Assembly (NCBI GenBank): GCA_050008535.1 | Contig: JBEKML010000001.1 | Coordinates: 130,246 to 194,245, forward strand | From: Minisyncoccia bacterium | Lineage (GTDB): Bacteria > Patescibacteriota > Minisyncoccia > UBA6257 > 2-01-FULL-56-20 | DNA length: 64,000 nt | Direction: 5' to 3' | Shown: piece after piece, positions 45,003 through 54,592 of the stretch | Layout of the letters: every line of letters starts with the position of its first letter | Position numbering within the stretch: the stretch's first letter is position 1 | Notes under the pieces: model-generated | What the model was told of the DNA's origin: nothing | Seen by the model: only the letters and a program-made list of their open reading frames with translations | Database searches by the model: none | Made by a program: the position numbers and the translations under genes

Positions 45003-45531
45003 TGGTGAACACTTTTTGGATATCATCGCCGTCTTCAATGGCTGCGACGAGCGCAGCAAGTTTTTTCGCATCTTCTTCGGGCAATATCTGGGGAAATTTT
45101 GCTTTCCACGATCGCTCGGCCCCGTCCATCACTGGCTCGAATGCCCAACGGACGCTCCCTGCCTCTGCCCATTTTCCGCCGAGTTCCTTTAGTGTTAATT
45201 TTACTTCCTGGATAGTTCTGTTCCGATTATCGCTGATCGCCTCGATTATGATCGCGGCACCCCCGGGTCCGTACGCTTCAAACGTAAGCTCCTCAAGATC
45301 TCCGCCGGATTCGGAAGCCCGTTTCACCGCGCGTTCAATGTTTTCTTGCGGCACGCTTTCTTCTTTCGCCTTCATGATCGCCGTCCGGAGCCGGGGGTTG
45401 AAGTCGGGATTCGGCTCCGATTTCGCCGCAGCGGAAATCGCCACCAAAAGCCTCGAAAAAACCTTCCCGCGCTTTTGGTCGGTGATTTCCTTTTTGTGTT
45501 TTATTCCTGCCCAATGCGAGTGACCCGACAT
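44992..45531 (-). CDS. yebC: YebC/PmpR-family protein, shortened form
   Basis: MSGHSHWAGIKHKK, NPRLR, EAYGPGG, DNRNRT; 179 aa. Confidence 0.93.
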   Translation of the reverse strand: MSGHSHWAGIKHKKEITDQKRGKVFSRLLVAISAAAKSEPNPDFNPRLRTAIMKAKEESVPQENIERAVKRASESGGDLEELTFEAYGPGGAAIIIEAISDNRNRTIQEVKLTLKELGGKWAEAGSVRWAFEPVMDGAERSWKAKFPQILPEEDAKKLAALVAAIEDGDDIQKVFTNAE

Positions 45532-45593
45532 TTCGCTTAGATTATACCACCTTCTTATTGCCTATTTTTACGATGAGTTCTAGAATCAATGCA

Positions 45594-47273
45594 ATGGCCG
45601 ACTTAGAGACCGACGACCTTAAGGCGAAACTCGCGAAACTTCACAGGGAGGGAGAGGAACGCGCCGCGGAGCGGTTGGCAGAGCGGCTCCATCTCCCTTA
45701 TACGGATCTTTCCAAGAAGCCGGTTTCTCTTGATGCGGTGCGGGTTATCCCCGAGGATAGGGCACGCAATGCGAAGGCGGCAAGCATTGAGTCGCGGGCA
45801 AAAAAGATCGCCGTAGCGATGGCAAATCCGGAGCTCCCTGCCGCGAAAGAGCTCATTCAGTGGCTAGAAAGCGGACACTACGAGGTGAAGGTGTTCGTTG
45901 TTTCTTTATCAAGCTTGGAGGCGGCGTGGCACTTCTATAAATTCGTGAAGCCGGAAACGGAGCGGATCACCGGAAAGGTAAGCATCACAAAAGAACGGAT
46001 AGAAGAATTAAGGACGCACCTTATAAGCCTCGATGCCATCCGAAAAGAATTTGAAGGCCTGGATTTCGCGAAAGTATCTCCAGTGACGATGATCGAGATC
46101 ATGCTTGGGGGGGCGCTTGCGATGCGTGCCTCCGACATCCACACCGAGGCGGAGGAAAAAACGGCGAAGATACGCTTCCGCGTCGACGGGCTGCTGCATG
46201 ACGTGATTGATAATGTCCCCCCCCGCGTTTACCAAGCACTTGTTTCACGCATCAAGCTCTTGTCGGAGATGAAGCTCAATGTGCATGACGAGGCGCAGGA
46301 TGGCCGGTTCACTATCGGCCTCGCGGATAAAGAAATTGAAATGCGCGTATCCGTCATTCCCGCAGAGTTCGGCGAGACGATCGTGATGCGGGTGCTTGAT
46401 CCCTCCGCGACGAGAGTGGGGCTCCCCGACCTCGGCCTCCGCGAGGATAACCTTGTGATCGTAAAAAAACAACTTGAGCGTCCAAACGGGCTCATTTTGA
46501 ATACTGGCCCGACCGGCTCCGGGAAAACCACGACGCTTTATGCGTTTCTCCGCACCCTTAACAGCCCCGAAATAAAGATCATTACTCTCGAAGACCCTAT
46601 TGAGTACCGTATTGTGGGCATCGAGCAGACGCAGGTGGATGAGGAGTCGGGTTATACCTTTGCAAGCGGCCTCCGCGCCATTGTCCGGCAGGACCCGGAC
46701 GTGATCCTGGTGGGCGAGGTGCGCGACCTTGAAACCGCAGACATCGCCATGCAGGCGGCCCTGACCGGCCACCTTGTGCTCTCCACGCTCCACACAAACG
46801 ACGCCGTAGGCGCCGTGCCCCGCCTTATCAACCTTGGCGTGAAGGCGGTGAGTATCGGGCCGGCGCTTGCGCTCGTGATCGCCCAGCGTCTTGTGCGCGT
46901 ACTTTGCCCGGATTGCAAAAAACAGACACAACCAGATGATGCGCTTAAGGCAAAGATCAAAAAATTCCTTGACCGGCTGCCAGCGAAGGTGAATAGATCA
47001 AATTATGCAAATTTCAAGATCTATGAGCCGGCGGGCTGTACAAAATGCAACAATATCGGTTATAAAGGTCGCGTAGGGGTCTTTGAATTTTTAGAAGGCG
47101 GGCCGGACCTCGAGCAGACGATCCTTAAAGAGGCGTCCGAGATCGCGCTCCGCGAAGTGGCGAAGCGTCAGGGGATGGTCACCATGCAAGAAGACGGGAT
47201 CTTAAAGGTCCTTGAGGGGAAGACGACGTTTGGCGAAGTGGAGAATATAACCGGGGTGATCGAGTGGCCGTAG
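45594..47273 (+). CDS. pilB: GspE/PilB-family type IV pilus assembly ATPase
   Basis: ASDIH, RFRVDG, GPTGSGKT, LEDPIEY, RQDPDVILVGEVRD, TGHLVLSTLH, CPDC/CTKC. Confidence 0.9.
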   Translation: MADLETDDLKAKLAKLHREGEERAAERLAERLHLPYTDLSKKPVSLDAVRVIPEDRARNAKAASIESRAKKIAVAMANPELPAAKELIQWLESGHYEVKVFVVSLSSLEAAWHFYKFVKPETERITGKVSITKERIEELRTHLISLDAIRKEFEGLDFAKVSPVTMIEIMLGGALAMRASDIHTEAEEKTAKIRFRVDGLLHDVIDNVPPRVYQALVSRIKLLSEMKLNVHDEAQDGRFTIGLADKEIEMRVSVIPAEFGETIVMRVLDPSATRVGLPDLGLREDNLVIVKKQLERPNGLILNTGPTGSGKTTTLYAFLRTLNSPEIKIITLEDPIEYRIVGIEQTQVDEESGYTFASGLRAIVRQDPDVILVGEVRDLETADIAMQAALTGHLVLSTLHTNDAVGAVPRLINLGVKAVSIGPALALVIAQRLVRVLCPDCKKQTQPDDALKAKIKKFLDRLPAKVNRSNYANFKIYEPAGCTKCNNIGYKGRVGVFEFLEGGPDLEQTILKEASEIALREVAKRQGMVTMQEDGILKVLEGKTTFGEVENITGVIEWP

Positions 47274-47437
47274 CTGGCTCAAACCTGGGGGCAAATTCCT
47301 CGCGAAAGGAAGTTAAACCCTTTTATCAAAAGATAGAAGGGACTAGAATTACTCAAAGGAGAGAACCAGCCGGAACCGGTTCATCCTGAAAAATTTAGAA
47401 ATAATTCCCGCCCCCAGATTTGAATCAACTACCGACA
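47270..47437 (-). ncRNA. candidate structured non-coding RNA (~165 nt), family unknown
   Basis: 23-bp closing stem, 9-bp and 8-bp inner stems with UCCG loop, seven G-U pairs only on the minus strand, dedicated promoter. Confidence 0.65.
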
Positions 47438-47443
47438 ATGGTA

Positions 47444-47472
47444 ATGTTAGCATATAATAACGGCCTTGTCAA
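47444..47472 (-). promoter_or_regulatory. sigma70 promoter pointing into the structured element
   Basis: TTGACA-17 nt-TAACAT with extended -10 TG. Confidence 0.72.
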
Positions 47473-47507
47473 GGGGGTGGGGAAAGAGTCCCTTTTGTAG
47501 GGTTACT

Positions 47508-48509
47508 ATGAAGAAAATAAAAAACAATCTCAACAAGGACGATCAAAATATTGACCTTACCCTCCGGCCGACGAACTGGGACGAGTACGTCGGCCAAGAA
47601 AAGATCAAAAGCAATCTTAAGGTGATCCTCGAGGCGGCAAAGGGCCGCGGCGAGGCCGCAGACCATCTTTTGTTCTCCGGTCCTGCGGGGCTCGGAAAGA
47701 CGACGCTCGCCTATCTCGTTGCGCGCGAACTCGGCGGGATGGTGAAGACCACCTCCGGCCCCGCGCTTGAGAAGACCGGTGACCTTGCTGCTATTCTCAC
47801 CAATCTTTCGCCCGGCGAAATTCTTTTTATTGACGAAGCGCACCGTGTGAACCCGATAATTGAAGAAGTTTTGTATCCTGCGATGGAGTCGCGGAAATTG
47901 CATCTTGTGGTTGGGAAAGGCCCGTCGGCACGGACACTCTCGCTCGATCTGCCTCCCTTCACTCTGATCGCAGCCACGACGCGCGAGAATCTTCTTTCGC
48001 AGCCCTTGCGGTCGCGCTTCGGCGCTACGCTCCGCCTCGGATATTACACGATTGAGGACATAAAAAAGATATTGCACCGTTCGGCGAGGATTTTAAATAT
48101 TGAAGCGACGCCGGACGCGATCGAGATCCTTGCGCGCGCGGCGCGCGGGACGCCGCGCGTAGCCAACCGCCTCCTGCGCCGCGCGCGCGACTTCGCCGAA
48201 GTGCACGGCGCGAAGGTGATAGACGCCGAATCGGCCCTAAAAACCCTTGAAATGCTTGAAATTGACGAAGCGGGGCTGGAGCCGAACGATCGCCGGCTTT
48301 TAATGATCATTATTGAGAAATTCAACGGCGGCCCGGTGGGGATCAATACCCTTTCTGCAGCGCTTTCCGAGGACAAGGGCGTGATCGAAGACATCTACGA
48401 ACCGTATTTGATGACGCTCGGCTTCCTCCAGCGCTCCTCGGCCGGCCGTATCGTGCTGCCTGCGGCGTATAAGCATTTGAAAATTAGGGGCAAGGAGGAG
48501 CTGCTATAA
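47508..48509 (+). CDS. ruvB: Holliday junction branch migration helicase RuvB
   Basis: LRP..WDEYVGQ, GPAGLGKTT, FIDEAHR, RGTPRVANRLLRR, YEPYL. Confidence 0.98.
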   Translation: MKKIKNNLNKDDQNIDLTLRPTNWDEYVGQEKIKSNLKVILEAAKGRGEAADHLLFSGPAGLGKTTLAYLVARELGGMVKTTSGPALEKTGDLAAILTNLSPGEILFIDEAHRVNPIIEEVLYPAMESRKLHLVVGKGPSARTLSLDLPPFTLIAATTRENLLSQPLRSRFGATLRLGYYTIEDIKKILHRSARILNIEATPDAIEILARAARGTPRVANRLLRRARDFAEVHGAKVIDAESALKTLEMLEIDEAGLEPNDRRLLMIIIEKFNGGPVGINTLSAALSEDKGVIEDIYEPYLMTLGFLQRSSAGRIVLPAAYKHLKIRGKEELL

Positions 48510-48517
48510 GACCCGCG

Positions 48518-49492
48518 ATGCCCGGATTAATTCTCCTTTCTGTCGGAATCGCGGCGGTCATGGGCGGCATTTTTTGCATCGGCGTGATAATAATGAGCAA
48601 AGCGGCTCGGAAAAGTATGCCGTCTTCGGTTTCAGGAGGCGGGGCACTCGACGCGGGATCAAAAGACGGGCTCCCCGCTATCGATGAATCTATCGAGAAC
48701 GTCAGCGCGAGCACCAATCATTTTCTTCAGAAGCATCCTTCGTATATTGTCATCCCATTGGTTGTGGTGATTGTTCTTGAGGCGATATTTATTTTAGCGA
48801 GCGCAAGGGATCCCCGTGTTTATGTCGCTCCGCTCATCCTGCCATTGATCGGCTATAGTATCGCCCGAAATCGTATTCAGCACGAATTCATGAAGCAGTT
48901 CGCATCGGCGAACGGTTTTTCTTATACCCCGGGAGGTTCACTTGATGGTCTTGACGGATCTCTTTTTCAAATCGGCAACAGCCGGTCAGTGGCCGATGTT
49001 GTGAGCGGCCAATTTCAGAACCGACCCATTTCGCTTTTCACTTATACGTACGTGACCGGCTCCGGGAAATCCGAGCAAACTCACACCTACACGATCTATG
49101 AGCTGCAGTTCGACGTTACGCTTCCTGATATCCTGCTTGAAAACGCAAGCCATGCGTTCGGCGGATCACTATTCGAGAAATTATCAGGAAAGGAATTTAT
49201 CAAGCTCGAAGGCGATTTCAATAAATATTTTTCGCTGTGCATCCCCCGGGGATACGAAACGGAGGCGCTCGAGATATTTACGCCCGATGTCATGGAAGAG
49301 CTTATTGAAAAAGCCAAGGCGTTCAGCTTGGAGATCGTGAATGGCCACCTCTTCATCTATAACAACGGCACCGTGGGGACAAAGCAGGGCCTCTACGACC
49401 TCTATGCCCTCGCGCAATATTTCATTGAAAAACTAGGACCAGTGCTTGCGCGGATGAAACCGTCCGTTGAGGCGATGGAACAATTTAAATAG
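48518..49492 (+). CDS. membrane protein, DUF3137-like C-terminal domain
   Basis: Three TM helices, LEGDFNKYF and IFTPDVME motifs. Confidence 0.7.
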   Translation: MPGLILLSVGIAAVMGGIFCIGVIIMSKAARKSMPSSVSGGGALDAGSKDGLPAIDESIENVSASTNHFLQKHPSYIVIPLVVVIVLEAIFILASARDPRVYVAPLILPLIGYSIARNRIQHEFMKQFASANGFSYTPGGSLDGLDGSLFQIGNSRSVADVVSGQFQNRPISLFTYTYVTGSGKSEQTHTYTIYELQFDVTLPDILLENASHAFGGSLFEKLSGKEFIKLEGDFNKYFSLCIPRGYETEALEIFTPDVMEELIEKAKAFSLEIVNGHLFIYNNGTVGTKQGLYDLYALAQYFIEKLGPVLARMKPSVEAMEQFK

Positions 49493-49523
49493 TTTTTAAT
49501 CTTGGCACGTTATAGTTCTCTGC

Positions 49524-50096
49524 GTGGTCTTCATCAACGAATGGCTTCCGAATCCGGTTGGCGTGGACGCGGCCGGTGAATTCATAGAGCTTTACAACAG
49601 CGGGTCCGGCGCGGTTGGCTTGGATGGATGGGTTCTGGCGACGGGGAAGAATAAAAAGTTTTCGCTTATGGGGCGGAGCATTCCTGCGTATGGATATCTT
49701 GTTTTGAAAAAGAGTGCGACGAAATTGGCGCTGCGGAATGCGGACGGGGAGTTGTCGCTGTACGGTCCGGGCGGCGCTTTGGTTGATAGTGGTGATTTTT
49801 TAGGCAGCGCGCTCACGGGAAAAAGTTTCTCGCGCGTTGATTATGGCGTCGGCCCGGCGCAGCATTTTGCGTTCGTTGATCCGACGCCTGGCGCGCCGAA
49901 TAAAGCGACACCCATTGTGATTGCCGACCACACGTATCCTGTGGGCGTTCCTCTAGGCCATCAATTGGAAAGTTTTGGTTTTTTCGGGATAATGATGGGA
50001 ACGGCAGTGTTGTTCGTGGGACTTGTTGTTTATGTCATTAAAACAAACAAAGACCTATCGGAGCTTTTCTTCCGAAGAGACGAAGAGGTTTGGTGA
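49524..50096 (+). CDS. lamin-tail-domain protein with C-terminal TM
   Basis: VFINEWLPNP, EFIELYN, PTPGAPN. Confidence 0.85.
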   Translation: MVFINEWLPNPVGVDAAGEFIELYNSGSGAVGLDGWVLATGKNKKFSLMGRSIPAYGYLVLKKSATKLALRNADGELSLYGPGGALVDSGDFLGSALTGKSFSRVDYGVGPAQHFAFVDPTPGAPNKATPIVIADHTYPVGVPLGHQLESFGFFGIMMGTAVLFVGLVVYVIKTNKDLSELFFRRDEEVW

Positions 50097-50514
50097 AAAA
50101 CTTGGGAAGAAAATAAAACCAGGGGAGAACGCTGCGGTCTTTGCTCTGGCAGGCGAACTTGGTGCGGGGAAGACCACGTTCGTGCAGGGATTTTTCAGGG
50201 GGCTCGGCCTCAAAAAGCGGGCGCCAAGCCCTACGTTCATTATCATGCGGCGGCACGCTTTATCGCGTGTGCCGCATGCGGCGCGTACGCAGCGTAGATC
50301 ATTTACGGACGTTTTCCATGTGGATGCGTACCGCCTGAAAAGCGCGAAGCACCTTGCCGCGCTTGATTTTGAAAATGTTTTGTTGGATCCGTGGAACGTT
50401 GTGCTCATTGAGTGGGCTGACCGTGTAAAAAAGATCCTTCCCAAGGATACGGTTTGGTTGCATTTCCGGCACGGAAGGCATGAGAACGAAAGAAGTATTA
50501 TTATGAAGCGATAG
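50032..50514 (+). CDS. tsaE: t6A37 biosynthesis ATPase TsaE
   Basis: LAGELGAGKTTF, SPTF, HVDAYRL, LIEWAD. Confidence 0.94.
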   Translation: MSLKQTKTYRSFSSEETKRFGEKLGKKIKPGENAAVFALAGELGAGKTTFVQGFFRGLGLKKRAPSPTFIIMRRHALSRVPHAARTQRRSFTDVFHVDAYRLKSAKHLAALDFENVLLDPWNVVLIEWADRVKKILPKDTVWLHFRHGRHENERSIIMKR

Positions 50515-50526
50515 CGCCCGCCATCC

Positions 50527-51480
50527 ATGAAGACACTTCTCCTTATTGATGCGAATTCCATCATCCACCGCTCGTTCCACGCATTGCCGCCGTTCACGAC
50601 GCCTGACGGGCGGCCTTCCGGCGCGCTCTATGGCATCGCGAGCATCCTTTTAAAGCTTTGGCGCGAGGAGCGGCCGGAATACGCAGCGGCGCTGTTTGAC
50701 CGGCCGGAGCCGACCTTCCGCGACAAAATATATGCGGAATACAAAGCCCAGCGCCCGCCTACGGCCGACGAACTTATCTCGCAGATCATTGAAGCGCACA
50801 AATTATTTGGCGCGTTCGGGATAAAGACATTTGAGAAGCCGGGATTTGAAGCGGACGATCTTATCGCGACCCTCGCAGAAAAATTCGGCGGGAAGGAGGG
50901 AAACGGAGGGGACGACCTGCGCGTGGAGATACTCACCGGCGACCGCGACACGCTGCAGCTTGTGCGCGACGAGAAGATCGTGGTGAGGACCTTTAATAAG
51001 GGTGTGAGCGATACATCGATCTATGACGAAAAAGCGGTAATTGAAAAATACGGTCTTGCCCCGGCGCAGCTCGTTGATTACAAATCGCTTGTTGGCGACC
51101 CATCGGACAACATTAAGGGTGTGCCGGGCGTAGGACCAAAAACGGCGACGGAGCTGCTCAAAAAATTCGGCAGCGTAGAGGAAATCTATAAACACCTGCC
51201 GGACGACCCGAAATTGGAGAAAAGATTCGGGCAGTATAAAAAAGACGCGGAACTTTCCCGTGAACTTGTGGTGCTTGAGCGGCACGTGCCGGTGGAAGTG
51301 CCCACGCTTGAAGTTCTTACGACGGAAAAAGAGCCCGTCGGCACGAAGGCCTATTTTGAAACAATGGGGTTTGCCACGCTTTTGAAGCGGCTGGAAACCA
51401 AGGGAGTTCCACCGGCAAAGAGCGCGGCGGATGGTGCGGCAGATCATCCGACAAAAGGCATCCAGGGAAGGATTTTTTAG
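50527..51480 (+). CDS. stand-alone 5'-3' exonuclease (Pol I N-terminal/FEN domain)
   Basis: LLIDANS, YKAQR, FEADDLIAT, TGDRD, GDPSDNIKGVPGVGPKTA; no polymerase domain. Confidence 0.93.
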   Translation: MKTLLLIDANSIIHRSFHALPPFTTPDGRPSGALYGIASILLKLWREERPEYAAALFDRPEPTFRDKIYAEYKAQRPPTADELISQIIEAHKLFGAFGIKTFEKPGFEADDLIATLAEKFGGKEGNGGDDLRVEILTGDRDTLQLVRDEKIVVRTFNKGVSDTSIYDEKAVIEKYGLAPAQLVDYKSLVGDPSDNIKGVPGVGPKTATELLKKFGSVEEIYKHLPDDPKLEKRFGQYKKDAELSRELVVLERHVPVEVPTLEVLTTEKEPVGTKAYFETMGFATLLKRLETKGVPPAKSAADGAADHPTKGIQGRIF

Positions 51481-51499
51481 TGGTACAATTAAAAGACGC

Positions 51500-52837
51500 T
51501 TGAACAGAGGATCCTCACGATTTAAAAAAATTATTGCGTGGCCGGAATTCCGGCCGGCCTGGGTTTTGCTTGCGACGGTCATTGCGGCGTTTATTCTCGA
51601 TGTCGCCGGCTTTTCGAACAACCTCCTCTTGTTCATTGAAGGAGGGCTCTTCGTCATTATTCTCGTCCTCGCGATGGCGACCGCCTATCGGGCGGCGGGG
51701 GCGGACCGGGATACCAAAGTCGAGCGCAACGAGCTCAAGAGCATTTTAGAGAGTTTGGATGACGCGTTGATCGTCTACGACGAGAATTTTCGGGCGGTCT
51801 TTTTTAATCCTACCGCCGAACGCCTCTTCAAGCTGTCCGCAAAAACCGTTCTTGGCCATGTGTTCGCCCCACAAGACATCGAACGGCAGGGATGGCGGAC
51901 GCTCGTCCAGGTCATCTTTCCGTCGCTCGCTCCCCGCGTGGTCACGCGCACAAAGGAAGGGGAATACCCGCAGGTACTTGATCTTTCCTTCACCGATCCG
52001 GCGTTGGAATTCCGCGTGACGACGGCGCCGATCAATGATGAGAACGGGCAATTGCTCGCGTTCATGAAAATCGTCCGTGACCGCACGGCGCAGATCACCG
52101 TGCTTCGTTCGCAGAGCGATTTCGTAACGGTGGCATCGCACCAACTCCGCGGTCCCCTCACTGACATCAATTGGGCGTTGCAGTCCCTCGCGCGCGCGCC
52201 GGAGCTTGCTGCGAACAACAAGGCTGTCGTTGAAAACGCGCTCGCCGCAAGCCAGGGACTCATTCAGCGCATCGAAGGCCTCCTTAACATCTCAAAAATG
52301 GAGGAAGGGCAGTTTGGTTATAAGTTCCAGGAAGCGGACATCATAGATTTTATAGGGAAGATCTTGGCGGGCGTTCTTCCCGCCACGCGCAAGGCGGGCG
52401 TGAAGATTTATTTTGATCGGCCGTCGGGGGAATTCCCCAAAATCGCCATTGACACAGAACGGCTCTCGCTCGCGCTCACCAATATCCTGGAAAATGCCAT
52501 ACGGTACAACGTGGAGAACGGCGAGGTAATCGTGAAAGTGGATGTGATGCCCGGAAAACCATTTATAGAGGTGAGCGTGAGAGATACGGGGATCGGCATC
52601 CCCCAGGAAGCCATAGGGAAAATTTTCACCAAATTCTATCGGGCGGACAATGCCATGAAGTCACAAACGGAGGGATCAGGGCTCGGCCTCTACATTGCAA
52701 AGAGCATTATAACGGCGCACGGCGGGGAAACTTGGGTGGAATCGGAACTGAATCGCGGCACCACCGTGCATTTTACGCTGCCGACCGATCTTAACCTTAT
52801 CCCCAAGCACGAAGGGGGTCCGGAGGGGTTCTATTAA
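51500..52837 (+). CDS. PAS-domain sensor histidine kinase (start uncertain)
   Basis: Two TM, PAS, SHQLRGPL H-box, NAIRY, DTGIGI, GSGLGL. Confidence 0.92.
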   Translation: MNRGSSRFKKIIAWPEFRPAWVLLATVIAAFILDVAGFSNNLLLFIEGGLFVIILVLAMATAYRAAGADRDTKVERNELKSILESLDDALIVYDENFRAVFFNPTAERLFKLSAKTVLGHVFAPQDIERQGWRTLVQVIFPSLAPRVVTRTKEGEYPQVLDLSFTDPALEFRVTTAPINDENGQLLAFMKIVRDRTAQITVLRSQSDFVTVASHQLRGPLTDINWALQSLARAPELAANNKAVVENALAASQGLIQRIEGLLNISKMEEGQFGYKFQEADIIDFIGKILAGVLPATRKAGVKIYFDRPSGEFPKIAIDTERLSLALTNILENAIRYNVENGEVIVKVDVMPGKPFIEVSVRDTGIGIPQEAIGKIFTKFYRADNAMKSQTEGSGLGLYIAKSIITAHGGETWVESELNRGTTVHFTLPTDLNLIPKHEGGPEGFY

Positions 52838-52865
52838 TAATTCAATATCCACAGTTTTTGAGGTT

Positions 52866-54551
52866 TTGGCGCTTGCGGAGCTGCCGAAAAACGCGCACAA
52901 TCAGAAGGTGAAAACGCTGAAGTATATTTTTGTCGTCGGCGGGGTGATGTCGGGGGTTGGGAAAGGCGTCGCTGCGGCATCCATCGGAAAAATCTTGCAG
53001 TCGCGCGGGCTCGAGGTCACCTCCATCAAGATCGATCCTTATGTGAATGTTGACGCGGGCACCATGAACCCCACCGAGCACGGCGAGGTTTTTGTTTTGG
53101 ATGACGGCACGGAGTGCGATCAGGACATGGGGAACTACGAACGGTTCCTGAATAGAGATTTTTCCAAGGCTAATTATATGACGACGGGCAGCATATATCT
53201 TTCCGTGATCAATCGTGAAAGGAATCTGGGATACGGCGGCCGCTGCGTGGAGGTGGTGCCCGATATCCCTCTCGAGGTCATCCGCCGGATTCGGGAGGCG
53301 GCGCGGATAAATAGGGCGGACATCGCCGTCATAGAAGTCGGGGGGACCGCGGGGGAATATCAAAACATCCTTTTCCTCGAAGCCATCAGGATCTTAAAAG
53401 TGAAGCATCCGCACGACGTTCTCCTTGTCCTTGTGAGCCATGTGCCGTCTTTGGGGGCCGGCGGTACGGAGCTCAAAACGAAACCAACGCAATATGCCGC
53501 CCGGACCCTCAACGGTGCCGGCTTGCAAGCGGATTTGATCCTTGGCCGCGCGACGATCCCGCTGGACGAGAAACGAAAAGAGAAGATCGCGTTTGTCTGC
53601 GGATTGGTCTCAAAGGAAGACGTGATCTCTGCGCCCGACGTTTCAAATTTGTACGAGATCCCCGTTAATTTTGAAAGAGACAAGTTGGGAGAAAGAATTT
53701 TGCAGAAACTTTCCCTCCGCGCAGGCAAGAGGGACCTCAAGGATTGGAAGCGCTTCGCGGAACGGGTCCGCGGCGCGAAAAACGTGGTGAAGATAGGCAT
53801 CGTTGGCAAATATTTCTCGAGCGGCAAGTTTATCCTCACCGATTCCTATATCTCGGTGATCGAGGCGATCAAGCATGCGGCGGCGCACTGGAAAGTGAGG
53901 CCGGTCATTGAGTGGCTGGAGTCGGAGCAGTTCGAAAAAGGCAAGCGGCAACTTCGAAAATTGGACGAGTATGCCGGCATCATCGTGCCGGGTGGTTTCG
54001 GGAGCCGCGGCATCGAAGGAAAACTGGCCGCCATCCGGTATTGCAGGGAAAACAAGATTCCTTATCTCGGGCTTTGCTACGGGATGCAGCTCGCTGTCGT
54101 GGAATTCGCACGGGACGTTTTGAAGCTTCGCGGCGCGAATACGACGGAGATCGATCCAAAGACCAAGTACCCCGTGATAGACATCCTTCCCGAGCAGAAA
54201 AAATTGATGGAAGAAAAGAATTACGGCGGTACCATGCGGCTCGGCGCCTATCCGGCCGTCCTGAAGAAGGGGACGATCGCGCAGGCGGCCTATGGGAAAA
54301 CCAGCATTTCCGAGCGGCATCGACACCGCTACGAAGTGAATCCTGTTTTCATCAAGCGTCTTGAAAGCAAGGGAATGGTGTTTTCCGGCCAGTCGCCCGA
54401 CCGGCGCCTGATGGAGATAATGGAGCTTCCCCGCGAGAAACATCCGTTCTTCGCCGGCTCTCAATTCCATCCCGAGCTCAAATCACGGCCGCTCAATCCA
54501 CATCCGTTGTTCCGCGAGTTCATGCACGCGGCCGCGAAACGGAAGGTTTAG
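52866..54551 (+). CDS. pyrG: CTP synthase (start may be GTG 52908)
   Basis: GGVMSGVGKG, DPYVNVDAGTM, KTKPTQ, GLCYGMQ, ERHRHRYE, QFHPE. Confidence 0.98.
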   Translation: MALAELPKNAHNQKVKTLKYIFVVGGVMSGVGKGVAAASIGKILQSRGLEVTSIKIDPYVNVDAGTMNPTEHGEVFVLDDGTECDQDMGNYERFLNRDFSKANYMTTGSIYLSVINRERNLGYGGRCVEVVPDIPLEVIRRIREAARINRADIAVIEVGGTAGEYQNILFLEAIRILKVKHPHDVLLVLVSHVPSLGAGGTELKTKPTQYAARTLNGAGLQADLILGRATIPLDEKRKEKIAFVCGLVSKEDVISAPDVSNLYEIPVNFERDKLGERILQKLSLRAGKRDLKDWKRFAERVRGAKNVVKIGIVGKYFSSGKFILTDSYISVIEAIKHAAAHWKVRPVIEWLESEQFEKGKRQLRKLDEYAGIIVPGGFGSRGIEGKLAAIRYCRENKIPYLGLCYGMQLAVVEFARDVLKLRGANTTEIDPKTKYPVIDILPEQKKLMEEKNYGGTMRLGAYPAVLKKGTIAQAAYGKTSISERHRHRYEVNPVFIKRLESKGMVFSGQSPDRRLMEIMELPREKHPFFAGSQFHPELKSRPLNPHPLFREFMHAAAKRKV

Positions 54552-54592
54552 CGTTTTGAAATCGCGCCGCCGCGCGGTATCATCATTCTTGT

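Noticed and set aside
44992-45531. yebC, jag and Pol I exonuclease as pseudogenes because they are short
   Set aside because: Open frames with intact termini and motifs; consistent with streamlined domain loss.
47270-47437. tmRNA, RNase P RNA or SRP RNA
   Set aside because: GGGGGCG recalls a tmRNA 5' end, but there is no T-loop/CCA end or tag ORF; no RNase P P4 motifs or SRP GGAA-loop motif seen.
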